Below are positions 1-13,183 of a stretch of DNA of 64,000 nt, one piece after another. Source of the stretch: Octopus vulgaris (lineage: Eukaryota); assembly GCA_951406725.2 (NCBI GenBank), contig OX597814.1, positions 95,356,001 through 95,420,000 on the forward strand, read 5' to 3'. The notes beneath the pieces are model-generated. The model was not told the origin of the DNA and made no database searches. It saw only the letters and a list, made by a program, of their open reading frames with translations. Each line of letters opens with the position of its first letter. Position 1 is the first letter of the stretch. A program made the position numbers and the translations under genes.

Positions 1-150
1 GCTAAGGTCAACTTTACCTTTCATCCTTCCGGGGTCAATTAAATAAGTACCAGTTACGCACTGGGGTCGATATAATCGACTTAATCCGTTTGTCTGTCCT
101 TGTTTGTCCCCTCTGTGTGTAGCCCCTTGTGGGCAGTAAAGAAATAAGAA
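1..150 (+). mobile_element. SINE family C, 3' part (cut by window edge)
   Basis: Body ggtcaactttacctttcatccttccggggtc...aagtaccagttacgcactggggtcgat...ccccttgtgggcagtaaagaaat is the reverse complement of the copies at 26730-26962 and 39201-39432. Confidence 0.85.
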
Positions 151-709
151 ACTATGCAGAAGCCTTCTATATGCATGTGTATATGTATGTGTGGGCATAA
201 TTTCATATCTTAGTTCATATTATGCACATACATGTGTGTGTGCATGTGTGTATGTGTGTGTGTGTGTGTGTACATGCATGCATGCATAAGTATATTATCT
301 ACATGTATAAATTAAATTGGAACATTGTGTTGCATTCCTTTATGCCGAAGGTTAACTCACTTGTTCAACAAATAGATAGATTAATAAAATGATTACCAAA
401 GTACTAGGGTCAATATAATTGACTAAAACTCTTGCAGGCTGTATTGCACTATCTCACAGTCCAGTCACTAAATCTAAATCCAATAGAATAAAAGTATGTG
501 TGTGTGTGTGGCTTTGTGCAAATAAAAAGATGGTATAACTGAAAGCTAAGAAAAAAAAACCAGACAGCTTATGGGGACATATTATTGAGATGGCGTGCTG
601 GCAGAGTCCATGGAACTGTTGACAGGCCCTGCCCTCACCAGCATCCACCTATATGGACAGTAGATATGTATATGCACTCAGGCATACATACAGACATACA
701 TACATACAT

Positions 710-756
<47 letters not shown>

Positions 757-1799
757 TATTATGTATATATAAATATTATAAATTATACTTCTTGCTTCAA
801 AGCATTGATAAGAATCAAAGTACATCAATGTATATAATACCACCAATTGGCTCGATAGAGTCACACAGAGCAGACAGTGAAATAATCCATAACATAATAA
901 TGTTGGTGGACTGGTATGAGTTAAAGGCTTTCTAGGTATGTCCATCCTATCTTTGTTCAGTGTGTCCCACCCTGTTTAAGACTATAAAGTATGATTTAAG
1001 AGAGATTTTAATGCTGTTTCTAGCAAGTCAAGTAAATGAGGTAAAGGATACCTTGTTAGCTTGATAGTTTAGTGCTCTACTGCAAAGCCATTTCCCTCTT
1101 TTTTTTCTTAACTTCTGAAGTGTATTTGGTTGTAGATTTTTGTTTTCTAAAATCTATGTCACTATTAAATAAATACTATCCATTTGTATTCCTCAATTCT
1201 GATTGTTTGATATTTTGTTTGTAGTTACCTTTTTTCTGCCCTTCTGTTTCTGTCTGTCCCTCCTCCTCTTACTTTTATAAAATTTACAGTTAAGATTCTC
1301 TATTACTTTGTTTTTTTTTATATTTCCACAATTGTATAAAATCCAACTCACTTGAGACTTACAGTTTTAAAGTAATTGAAATAAAAAGCTTCCACCAAAA
1401 ATTTCCAAGTTTCCAAGTATCAGTTTAAAAATAAAATTATTTTACTAAACTATTATTTTAAAAATTAATTGAAACAAAACCTTGTATATTTCAACAGAAA
1501 TAAAGTAACAAATGGCTTAATCATAGGGTGGGTGTGTGTGTGTGCATGTACATGTAGACATATATGTATGTTTGTATGTATGTATTTCCTTTTTATTTAT
1601 TATTGCTGTTTGTAATAAAAGAAAAAAGTTCCATCATTGGCACTTGGCTAACATCAGTAATAACTGTTTGTTCCACTTACACATTGTATCCATAAAATAT
1701 ATGGTAGCAAACTTTATACATACACACACACACACACACACACATGCACAAACAAATAAATAATTATATATACATATAACTACATATCAAAAGGATCAA

Positions 1800-1990
1800 A
1801 GGTCTTTCATGAGTCAAGGGCACATAAGGCAAGTTTCCCAGATTTTGTGGCATATATATTTACCCACTGGATGGGACACTGTCTATCACAGGACTATTTG
1901 ACAACTGAGTGGACAGAAGCAACATGAAATAATGTGTTTTACTCAAGAACACAACTTATCATCCAGTCCAGGAAATGAAACCACAATCTG
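1800..1990 (-). mobile_element. SINE family B (CORE-like), 5'-truncated
   Basis: Matches 53065-53312 (ctgagtggac...gtgtttt..ctcaagaacacaac...gtccaggaa..gaaaccacaatc). Confidence 0.7.
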
Positions 1991-2334
1991 GTGTGTGTGT
2001 GTGTGATTATATGCAGATATGTGTGTGTACACACACACATATCTGCATATAATCATACACAAACACACACATTCACTTCCTCCTCTTCATCATAATTTCA
2101 ATGTCTCCTCTTCCATGCTAGCTTGGCTCAACTGGTAGTCAATGATGTAAATCTATGGCCAGATGCTCTTCTTGTTGCCAACACTTACCTATTTCCAAGC
2201 AAGCTAATATCTCTTTAGGTTTTCAGTGAAGACTAAAAATGAGGGACTTCGTTTGTATGACAGTGACAGTCATTTATACAAAGACTGCGATGTGAAAACA
2301 AGAAAACACACACACACATATATCATTTTCCTTA

Positions 2335-3050
2335 CCGTCATCATCAGTAATGTATTCATTGAGTTGGATGGTTCAAAAGGCTCTGACTAGCCAGAGGGCT
2401 GTATTGGTCTTCAATATTTGTTTTGGCAAGGTTTCTATAGCTGGATTGTCCTTCCTAATGCCAACCACTTTACAGAATGTACTGAATGCTAATTTTCTGG
2501 AACCAGTACTGGTGAGGTCACCAAGTAGCTTGCAAGACAAAAGCCCCTTGGCAGAGTGGGAGCACAGAATAGTGGAGGTGGCTTTGTGGCATGTGTTGAA
2601 AGACTAAAGCATGGTAGGAGGACAAGAACGAACATTTTGTTGTAGAGAAGAGACATGGCCCCAACAGGATAGAGGAAAAAAGACTGTGGAAATATAGTGT
2701 CAAGGCATACCTCCAAGATACAAGAATGTGGATAAAGAGAAAGTAGGGACAGAGAACTGAGGGTGAGTAGATAGATTCATGAGAATATGAAAGGAAATGA
2801 CAGATGGTAGAAATGAGGATAGAAGTGAATGCAGCAGCAAGAAAGAAGAGGAGATGGACAACTGAGACAAACAACCAGGTATTTCTAAGAAACAAACTGC
2901 TGGGTGCCTCCGATCAGATATGTGGATGGAATAATGTTCCAGCAAGATGGAAAGGGATGCATTGGTGGAACGGAACCTAAGACAGACAAAGACATAAATC
3001 AAAGAGGCAGTAAGAAATGATAGTGAGTGGCCACAAGAGAAACTAAATGT
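2335..3050 (-). mobile_element. RTE-tailed element: LINE 3' end plus long non-coding segment
   Basis: (CAT)n tail and ttctatagctggattgtccttcctaatgccaacc RTE 3'-end motif; 2640-2850 is homologous to 10820-11040. Confidence 0.6.
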
Positions 3051-3089
3051 CAGTTATACTTAGAAATGAGAGAAAAAGAAAGTAAACAT

Positions 3090-3860
3090 TTTACCAATTT
3101 AAGAATCAGAAGAATGAGGTCTTCCAGATTTCAAAGCAGTGTATCAGTGTAAAAAAGATATTATTGCAGAAAAATATGTATGTAATGAGAAGGAAAAGGT
3201 AGGGGATGCCACTGCAAAAAATAACTTACCACATCTGGAGAATGTGTGGAAGAGAGAGGGCACATCTCAAATGGATACTAGAGAGTGACCAGTTATTGAG
3301 GTCAGCAGCTTTACAATCAAAAGAGCAATTAAGGTCAAGAAGGTATCAAAAGCAACATAACCATTATAGAACAGAGGGAAAGTAAAAGGGCCAGGACATG
3401 TGTTGATTAGTCACAAAGGTGTTATTTTCAGTGTCCAGCAGAACAGTATCAACTGCTGTAAGAGCAAAGGAGATGCTCCAGAAAAGAGCTACTACAAGTT
3501 ATGAGAATGGTATAAGAGTAGTAGCACAGCTAATTAGAAGGAAAATTAGCTTACCTGAGATCAGTTTGAACAAGGTACCAATGATTGTCTATTTTTGCTG
3601 AGAAAACTACAGAGATACTTAACTAAGAACAGGCCATTGTACCTTAAAGTTGTTAAAGTGTAGAAGGCTTTTGACTAGATAAGACACTCTCTAGTCTGGT
3701 GGTTGCTGCACTAAGGTGTAAATAAATGTCTTATAAAAACTGTGCAAGCCATGTATAGAGATGGAGATGCCACCAGTGAGGTGAGAATTAGTAATGAAAT
3801 GCATGTAGGTGTCAGTCAGCACTCAGTTGTCAACAACTTCCAGTTTATTATGGTAGCAAT
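3090..3860 (+). pseudogene. Degraded RTE LINE reverse transcriptase fragment
   Basis: Translates to pieces such as IKTVQAMYRDGDATSEVRISNE..VGVSQHSV, typical of the RTE RT region (VQAMY...VGVHQGSVL); many stops and frameshifts. Confidence 0.6.
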
Positions 3861-3985
3861 ATTTATGTATGTGTGTGTGCAAATGTGTGTGTGTGTGTGT
3901 GTGTGTATGTGTGTGCATCTGCCTGTGTGTGTGTGTGTGTGCATCTGCCTGTGTGTGTGTGCATCTGCCTGTGTGTGTGTGTGTG

Positions 3986-4026
<41 letters not shown>

Positions 4027-4167
4027 ATCTGCCTGTGAGTATGTTCACTTGTATGAGTGTATGTATATTTAGGAATAAGTGTATGCACGTGTGTAATATG
4101 TATAGATAGATAGAATGGCAAGCTGCCAAAGACAAACAGACGGAATGGCAGACAGACAGACATAGAA

Positions 4168-4245
4168 CTAGACAAAAACTGGCCATGGCAATATCGCGAA
4201 AGGAATCAGCAAAACAATAATAATAAAAATCCACAAGATGTTCAG
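4168..4245 (-). CDS. Candidate terminal exon encoding a hydrophobic tail (LNILWIFIIIVLLIPFAILPWPVFV*)
   Basis: Strong acceptor ttttgttttattttcttttag ending at 4246; the phase-0 frame gives a 25-aa non-repetitive TM-like peptide then TAG at 4170-4168. No homology recognised. Confidence 0.3.
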   Translation of the reverse strand: MNILWIFIIIVLLIPFAILPWPVFV

Positions 4246-4628
4246 CTAAAAGAAAATAAAACAAAATGCGTGTGTATGTGTGTGTGCGTGTGTAGTAAAA
4301 TCACACACACACACTAGCAGAGACATTAACCATTAAAAGCCAGTTATGGGCACACATATTCACACATCACACAGGAAGCCAACAAAAAAACATACCCACA
4401 TATGCATACACATACACACACACACACTTACCATCAACATTATATACATACCAGACATCCAGAGAGCAAAAGGCAGTCATGGGGAACATAATGAAACGCG
4501 TCAGAAATAGGGCAAAATACTTTGACAATCTAATCAGTGAAAAACTTGAGCTACAATTGTCTGCATGTGAATATATATATATATATATAAACACACACAT
4601 ACACAGAAAAAGAGAGAGAAACACTAGC

Positions 4629-4669
<41 letters not shown>

Positions 4670-5202
4670 TATAGATGTATGTTTTAATATAATCTGGGTA
4701 ATAACCTTATAGCATGCTTTCCAAAGCTCCTTCCCAGGTATCAGCTACCAAATGTTATCATTCAGTAGGACTTCTTCATATATGTATATATACAAACACA
4801 CACACACACACACACTCACATACACATGCATATATATGAACATGTCGTCATCATCATCATCATCATCATAATCCTCATTTAATGTCCGTTTTCCATGCTG
4901 GCATGGGTTGAACGGTTTGACCAGAGCTGGCAAGATGGGGAGAAGGCTGCACCAGACTCCAGTCTGATTTGGCATGGTTTCTACAGCTAGATGCCCTATC
5001 AAACGCCCTATCATACATACATACATACATACAAAAATACATACAAAAATACCCTGTTGATGATGCTGAAATTCCAGTGAAGGAGCCATGAATCTAGGTT
5101 AGAAACCAGCTCTTTCTTTATTGGCAAACGAAAGCACTAATAGAGAATTATCCAAAATTTTGACTGCCTCCTTCTTCTTAACACACACACACATATACAC
5201 AC

Positions 5203-5271
<69 letters not shown>

Positions 5272-5879
5272 GACAGACAGACAGACAGGAAGAGAAGCAG
5301 AGAGAGTATAAAGGGTGAATAATCAAAAGTATGTATATAGATGTTTTATTTTGAATGAGACACACATAGCATTTAAAATTCTATTTGCAAAGTAATTGAA
5401 TATCAAAACAAAAGACTGGGGAAATTTGGTATATTTCTAATTCCACGTTCCACATCTTTCATTATAGATTAGGAGTTACAAAGATATATGTGTAGAAAAA
5501 AACCTGTATAGAATCTCCTATTCATAATTCTTCAGACAAAGACTCAAAAATGATTATTATCCTGTAACGAAATATGTGTAACTTGGAATTAAAAATATAC
5601 CATTTTTTCCAAGTCTTTTGCTTTGAGATATACATGTATATATATATAGTTGAAATTTATAGAAAAACAAAAGATGAAGACATGTGCATGAACAACAAGC
5701 AAGTGTATTAGTTTGACACTCAGGAAAATGAAAAAATTCTTTTACATTTTGAGCCTGCGCTCTTCAACAGAAAGGAATGAGAGAAAATAAACAGAGGGAA
5801 TGAAAAAAACTTGTGGATTTCAGTAGCCATATACCTGTGTGTGTGTGTGTGTGTGTGTGAGTTTCAAAAATTAAAACAG

Positions 5880-6335
5880 AAGCTCAACAAGAGGTGCCAA
5901 TCTCTAATTGTGGAGGGAACATGTGGAAAGGGTAGACACAGGAAGACATGGGACGAAGTGGTGAGAAACGATCTTCAGATATTGGGTCTCACAGAGATGA
6001 CATGGGGATCAAGACTGCTGGTGGTTTGCAGTGCTTAAGAAGATACATTGTGGTTGTCCTTACATACAGGCATATCCCTTGCATCCCTCTTCAGCTGAGT
6101 GCTCCTAATCTTGCAGACTTGTGGGTACTGGTGCCATGTAAAAAAGTACCCATATCAGTACCACAAGAAAGTATCCATGCCAGTATTGCATAAAAGCACT
6201 CAGTACACTCTGTAAAGTAGTTGATATTAGGAAGGGCATCCAGCCATAGAAACCATACTAAAGCAGACACAGAGCTGGCCAGCTCCTATCAAACCATCCA
6301 ACCCATGCCAGCTATGATGATGATGATGATGATGA
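5880..6335 (+). mobile_element. RTE LINE 3' fragment (ORF C-terminus, 3' UTR, (GAT)n tail)
   Basis: KRCQSLIVEGTCGKGRHRKTWDEVVRNDLQILGLTE is homologous to the C-terminus at 63.3-63.5 kb; followed by ttaggaagggcatccagc and a gatgatgat tail. Confidence 0.85.
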
Positions 6336-6452
6336 CATAGACATGCCCTTTCCTCATCAGTTATCGTCCAAAAAATCATTACAATTTTATACCACACACA
6401 TAAATACACACACATCTACCTAGCATACATTCATACAAACACAAATATAACC

Positions 6453-7639
6453 TCTATATATATAAAACTGAGAATGTGTGTCTGTCTGTCTGTCTGTCTG
6501 TCTGTTTCCCTAAAACTTGAGAACTACACAACCAATTTCATTCAAATTTTACACATGCCTTACTTGGGGTCCAGGGAGTGTCATCGACAAAAAAAATGTT
6601 TAACTTTTTGCCTAGGGCGAGCCCACAGCAATATCATATCTTCTCCACTACGATTCCCTGAAACTTGAGAACTACACAACCAATTTCATTCAAATTTTAC
6701 ACATGCCTTACTTAGGGTCCATGTAGTTTCATGGGCAAAAAAAATGTTCAACTTCTTGCCTAGAGCGAGCCCATAGCAATATCATATCTTCTCCATTATT
6801 TCAGTATTACGTGTTAAAAGCGAAACAAAAACATTTTTCTATTTTATGTCAGATACTTTCACTTTAACAATAAAAATAATAATAACAATTGAATTATATG
6901 TAGTAAGTAATAATTAAAATCAAACTAAAGTATAATATAATCGTAACATAACAAAAGTAAAAATAGCAATTGGTATAAAATTGCATCAATGACTTGAATA
7001 AGTGGTTTCACATGAATGGGAATAAATTAAAAATAAAATTAGCAAGCAGAAATGGAATAGTCCAGATGGATAATAAAAAATTAAATTAAAGAAAAGACTA
7101 TTGTCTATAAAGTATACAATGTAGAGAAAAAAGAAGATTTGAACACCTGGAGGAAAGCACCATCGAAAAGTGTCTTGGTGTGACTATGAAAGGTATCTAA
7201 CCAGTGGTGGTAAATTCACCACAATAGAAGCAAGGATCGAGTCAACGGAGCGTGCAAGGGAGTACTCAACTCGAACTTGCAAAGTGGAAATATTTTATTT
7301 TTACTTTTATATCTGGGACGTAGGACGTGCCCGATAAAAATTTAAAATCCCCCCCCCCCCCCCCCAGAAGTTGAGGTAGGCTGGATTGTAGCCACACTTC
7401 TATACAAGAGGGAGGACAAGATACAATTGATTGAAATTGCAAGAGACGGGCTTACAATTCCAGTCTGTTATATATTTTGAGTATTGTTATCACTAGCGAT
7501 ATCAAGATATAACTTTGTATTTTGTATTTAATGTGTAGATGTATATATATAGATGTACATGTAATATGTACACATATATATACACATATATATATATGCA
7601 CTAGCACTATGACCCGGCAACGACGGGTGATAATGCTAG
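6453..7639 (+). mobile_element. Non-autonomous Helitron-like element
   Basis: 5' TCTATATATATAAAA followed by (CTGT)n; internal 148-bp tandem duplication (6506-6800); 3' GC hairpin acccg-gcaacga-cgggt (7612-7628) then CTAG (7636-7639) followed by T. Continuity between the two ends is inferred. Confidence 0.6.
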
Positions 7640-8361
7640 TTAATATATATTATGTGAATGTGTATATGTGTGTGCATGTATGTATGTATGTATGTATGTA
7701 TGTATGTATGTATGTATTATGTATGTATGTATGTGTATATGTATGTATGCATATGTACACACACTCACTCACACATTATACAGATACATAAATATGTATG
7801 TTTGTATAACAAACAAACACATACATGAATCAGAATAGTTCATTCCTTACAAGCCAAGTATTTACCAAATCCAATATTCTTATTAGACACAATAGAAACG
7901 TGTGCATGTTTGTCAGTGTTTTCTCATATTATTTACAAAATCATTAGTGCTGGACGAACTATACCCATAATCTTTGCAGACCCAAAGTGTAAAAATCAAA
8001 TAATGTGTTTGAAATATTTTTAATGCAGACATTATTTCCTACAAATTGACGATCGATAATTAGTCATCAAAAGATATCATAGACCTTTTGATAAGAAATT
8101 GCAGAGATACATTTAGACATAGGAATCTATATATACTTTTATGTTTGGAATTTTTTGAAACAAAAAAAAAGAAAGAAAAGAAAAATTTTGTAGACAAAAA
8201 TGAGACTTGCATTCTCAGTAATTTTGTTTCCCCCACTCACTTCTATGAAAACAAATATATCCTCTCTGAATTGATGTGCTAGTGCAGTGTGTACTTTGAT
8301 TACAAATTTTGGTTTCCCTCATTCTTTGAATGAAAACGTACAACTATTTATGCTTGTGTGT

Positions 8362-8409
<48 letters not shown>

Positions 8410-8948
8410 TTGCAATGCAGTAGGACCTCTCTCAGAATCTTGATTGCAAAGTGGACTTCTTAAACATGTGAACATATCATGCCAATATACATACATGCTA
8501 ACAGACACACATGCACACACACATACATATATATATATACATTAATAATAATAATAATGCCTATGTAAATACATACATGTGTGTGTGTGTGTGTGTGTGT
8601 GTACATACACAGACATATATGTATAACAAAACAAGATATTGTTTCATTTGCTAATAAGAATTACAAAGTTTTATATGTTAGATAGATATATAAGGAATTT
8701 CCTATTAGAAATTCTTCAGACAGAGAAATTAAATAATACATATAGATACAGAGAGAGATATATATACCAGAGTAAGCACATAAATGTGAAAAAAAGTGGT
8801 AAAAAATAGTACTCAAATACTGGAGGTAGAGTAATATGCTTTATTATTAAAACTGCAAAAACATCACAAAAAAAATTGCCACTAAGTTTCATGTTCCTGT
8901 TCATTAGACAGTTGTGATTCAGAATATCATCATTATCATTATCATCAT

Positions 8949-9200
8949 GGAGGTGTGTGGCTCAGTGGTTAGGGTGTCAGCATCATGATCATAAGATTGT
9001 GGTTTCGATTCCTGGATCGGGCGATGTGTTGTGTTCTTGAGCAACACACTTCATTTCACATTGCTCCAGTCCACTCAGCTGGCAAAAATGAGTAATGCTG
9101 CAATGGACTGGCATCCCATCCAGCTGGGGAACACATACTCCATTGAAACCGGGAAACCAAGCCCATGGGCCTGGCTAGGCCTTAAAAGGGTGCATTTATT
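8949..9200 (+). mobile_element. SINE family B (tRNA head, CORE-like body), full length
   Basis: A box tggctcagtgg, B box ggtttcgattcc, then gtgttcttgagcaacacactt...ccagtccactcagctggcaaaaatgag; (TTA)-like tail. Confidence 0.85.
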
Positions 9201-9489
9201 ATTTTAATTTTTATCATCATTATCATCATTTAACGTCTGTTGTCTATACTAGCATGGGTTGGACAGTTTGACTAGGCTGGCACACTGGAAGGCTGCACCA
9301 GACTCCAGTCTGACTAGGCATGGTTTTCTATGGTTGGATGCCCTTCCTAACGCCAACCAATCCAAGAGTATAATGGGTGCTTTTACGTGCCACTGGCACA
9401 AGTACCATTTGCATGCATACATGTATGTATGTATGTATGTATGTATGTATGTATGTATGTATGTATGTATGTATGTATGTATGCATGCA

Positions 9490-10176
9490 TTGGTCAGCCC
9501 ATAAATAATGTGGCTTTTTCAATTGCATGAACTAAAAGTCGGAGGGGGATGGGATAAACTACCTGCATCAACTTGCTATAAAAGCAGGTAGTAATTTTAC
9601 CCTGACCTTATTCTTGGTGCACATTTTGAAGAGTGCAGTTCAATTTTAACAGTTATTTTTTCAAAGCTATAATGGAAGTCACAAAGGTGCATATTCAGCA
9701 TATTTTGCTTTATAAGTTCAATAACGGTAACAATACAATTGAAAGTGCAAGAAATATTAATCCAGTATATGGGGATTGGACAATAGGTGCAAGACAGTGT
9801 CAGTAGTGGTTCCAGAAATTCTGAGCTGGAAACTACAGTCTATAAGATGAGCCTCATCCTGGAACATCTGTAGAGCTCGACAAGGATGTCCTTCAAACTC
9901 TGGTAGAACAAAATCCCATTGTAACTGTTGAGGAACTAACAGAGAAGCTTGGATTTGATCATTCAATCAGTCATTCAAGTTAGCGCTAGAAGAAAAATGA
10001 CCATCTTTGGTTTCAGGACGAAAGGTGTTCTTCCATCAAGATAATGCTCAGCTACATACAGTGAGCATTGTAGAAAATGAAGGAGAATATATTTTAGATT
10101 ATTTTAGAACTTTGCTTATCTTAATTTTGAAAAATAAAAACGTTAAAAAAAAAGCATTATTTAGGGGATGACCCAA
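9490..10176 (+). mobile_element. Internally deleted mariner (DD34D) transposon
   Basis: TIRs ttggtcagcccataaataatg / cattatttaggggatgacccaa with TA at 10177-78; the ATG at 9672 gives MEVTKVHIQHILLYKFNNGNNTIESARNI..WFQKF..DEPHPG, then FHQDNAQLH and IVENEGEYI; contains stops. Confidence 0.9.
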
Positions 10177-10507
10177 TATGCATGTATGTATGTATGTATG
10201 TATGTATGTATGTATGTATGTACGTATGTCCAGCCGGAATTGCAAAGATAATCTGAAACTTGAATGAAAACTCCGAATGATCCGTCCTTGTTTTCCTTGT
10301 ATCATTTGTCTGGATATTTTGTTTTCCTTTTTTTGTTTCACCTAACTGTCTGGATGTTTTGCATTCTTGTCCCATTTTTGTATTTTTTATGTATGTATGT
10401 TATGCATGCATGCATGCATGCATGCATGCATGCATGTATGTATGTATGTATGTATGTATGTATGTATGTATGTATGTATGTATGTATGTATGTATGTATG
10501 TATGTAT

Positions 10508-11520
10508 GTCATCATCATTTAATGTCTGTATTTCATGTTGGACAGTTCTACAGGATCTGACAAGCCAGAAGAGTGTGTTGAACCCTGACATCTGTTTTGC
10601 CATATCTTCTACAATTGAATGCCCTTCCTAATGCCAACAGCTTTACAACAGAGTGTTACTGAATGCTTTTTTCATGGAACCAGGACTACTGAGGTCACCA
10701 GGTAACTTGCAACACAAGTCCCCTCGACTTAATGTTGATATAATATTGAATTGGGAGGGTGGATCTGTGACAGTTGTTCAGAGGTTAAAGTATGACAAAG
10801 GAACAGATGTAGGTGTTTCGCTGTACAGGAGATACATGGTTACCACATCAGCAAAGTAGAAAAGGATGGTGGAGATGAGGTGTTAGAACATACCCTCAAG
10901 AAACAAGAAGGTGGATAAAGAGAGAATGGGGACAAAGAATTGAGGATAGCTGAATGTATAGATTTGTCAGCATGTGAAAGGAAAGTGGTAGATAGATAGA
11001 GATGGGGATAGAGGTGAATGCAGTGAATGGTGAACATGGGTGGAGGCATAGTCAGTGGTGAATCTTAGTTTAGCAAGGAAGATAAAGGAAAATAGGAGCT
11101 GGTCAGGGAGGAAGTGGTGGTACATGGCAATGCACAAAAACTGGAGGTAGATAGCACACTGGCAGAGATAGAGGTCAAAAGTACATAAGGGTGGATACAG
11201 TAAGTTACAGAAAAAATGTTGGGTAGCCATCGATGGCAGATACAAGACAGTGTTCAGACGAAAGGGGTATTCGGTGGAAAATAAAGTGATAATGATGTTG
11301 AGAATGCAAGAAGAGTGACAAGGGAAGTGTTTCCAAGGAAACATATAACTGAGAGCACAAAAGCAGGTATGGAATATGTGCAGTTCTGTTCATATATAAT
11401 TACAGTTGTTGAAGAAAAAAGAGCCAAATTTAGAAGGGTAAAGGAGAGACAGGCGTTACAAGGTAAATTGTGGGAAACGCTCAACATGAATAGATTTGGT
11501 GCAAGGAAAGTGGTGAAATA
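10508..11520 (-). mobile_element. RTE-tailed element with long non-coding segment
   Basis: (CAT)n tail plus gcccttcctaatgccaac motif; purine-rich (plus-strand) segment homologous to 2640-2850. Confidence 0.6.
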
Positions 11521-11994
11521 GACATTAACGATATGCTTTCAGGACCCATGCACACACACTTATATATATAGTTGATACCTGATACTTAAGTCAGTGCATC
11601 CAATTTTAAAATCGAAACCATGTAACTGAGACAGGGCACATATAAATTTCCAGCTCCCTTTCATACAAAGAAATGATTTATTAGAGTCTCTTATTTTGCC
11701 ATTTGTATTCATTTAGATAACTCATATATGCATAGAATCTCTCATATTCATGCAGGATAAGCTACTGTTATACTTTGACGTAATTGTTTTACATTTGCTT
11801 TCTATGTAGGCATGGGTTGACAGATACCGTGAAATTGTGTCAGTAGAGAAGTCTCAAAATTATTTAACATATCATTTTTGTGCATTCTAAAATAGTTAAA
11901 ATGTCTTTCCCTCAATGTAACTGTTTTAGTTTCATCAGGTGGACTCAGATCAAGTCACTTGCCCAAAAGTACAAATCTCAAATACATACATACA

Positions 11995-12027
<33 letters not shown>

Positions 12028-12192
12028 TATGCTATATAATGCATAATACACACACACACACACACACACAACAGAATTTCCATCTATCTATTTCACTCAC
12101 AAGACTTTGGTCAGCCCAAGCCAAGGCTATAGGAGAAGACAACTACCCAAAGTGCCACACAATAGGAGTGAAACCAAAACCATCTGGTCAGA

Positions 12193-12228
<36 letters not shown>

Positions 12229-12850
12229 CGGAGATGTACTCGCATAGCAAGTGATTTGATCTGAGATCGTGTGCTGGAACGAAAACAATTGCAGCGTGGA
12301 AGGTGTTTGTAAGCCATTTAAGAAACACACAAAAGCCGTTCGATTCACTTCAACATTTAAGTTTAATTATTCAAGATATTTTCTTTGCTAAAATCTGCGA
12401 CCTGTTCACTGACAAAAATCTGTATATATATATCAACATGCATGTATGTTTCCATACAAGTGTGTGTGTGAGGTTTTCTCTCTCTTTCTCTCTCCCTCTC
12501 TCCCCCCTCTCTCTCCTCTCCCCCCCTCTCTCTCTATATATATGGTGGTAGTGCTCCAGTATGGCCACAGTCAAATGACTGAAACAAGTAAAAGAAAAAG
12601 GAAAAGAAAAAACATATATATGTATATATGTAAATATGTATGTATGTATGTATTTAAAGCACAGAGACAATTTATGTGCAAAACTGCAAGTATATTCTAG
12701 CTTTAAATGCTTATACAACATACTGTATATCAATGAAGTTAAAAGTTGAATGACTTTTTTTTCAATAGTAATTACCCTTTTGAGGAATATTTTCAAATTT
12801 CTAAAAGCATTGGTAGAAAATTATGGCAAAGGTTATATAGCATAATCTTC

Positions 12851-12853
<3 letters not shown>

Positions 12854-12894
<41 letters not shown>

Positions 12895-12901
12895 TATACA
12901 T

Positions 12902-12964
<63 letters not shown>
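12854..12964. repeat. Compound (CA)n-(GATA)n microsatellite
   Basis: Read directly. Confidence 0.95.
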
Positions 12965-12965
<1 letters not shown>

Positions 12966-13141
12966 ACACACAATGCTTAACATAAACAAAGACAAGAAAA
13001 CTGCTTACACATGAATATTTATTTTTGAATACATCTGAACATATATAAACACATACACACAAACACAAACTGCTTTTCAGGAACATATTAACAATTTAAA
13101 TTCATACACAATTTAAATTCTAATTGCCCAATCATTTACAA

Positions 13142-13183
<42 letters not shown>

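Noticed and set aside
2335-3860. Twin-priming 5' inversion of a single LINE
   Set aside because: Opposite-strand fragments are adjacent, but no TSD is visible and the pieces are not contiguous in the element; two insertions are equally likely.
4479-4570. Plus-strand MGNIMKRVRNRAKYF start in good Kozak context
   Set aside because: Weak donor, runs into microsatellite, and overlaps an equally weak minus-strand candidate.
8949-9020. tRNA gene (also 33620-33693 and other A/B-box heads)
   Set aside because: A/B boxes run directly into SINE bodies and no proper cloverleaf is evident; these are tRNA-derived SINE heads.
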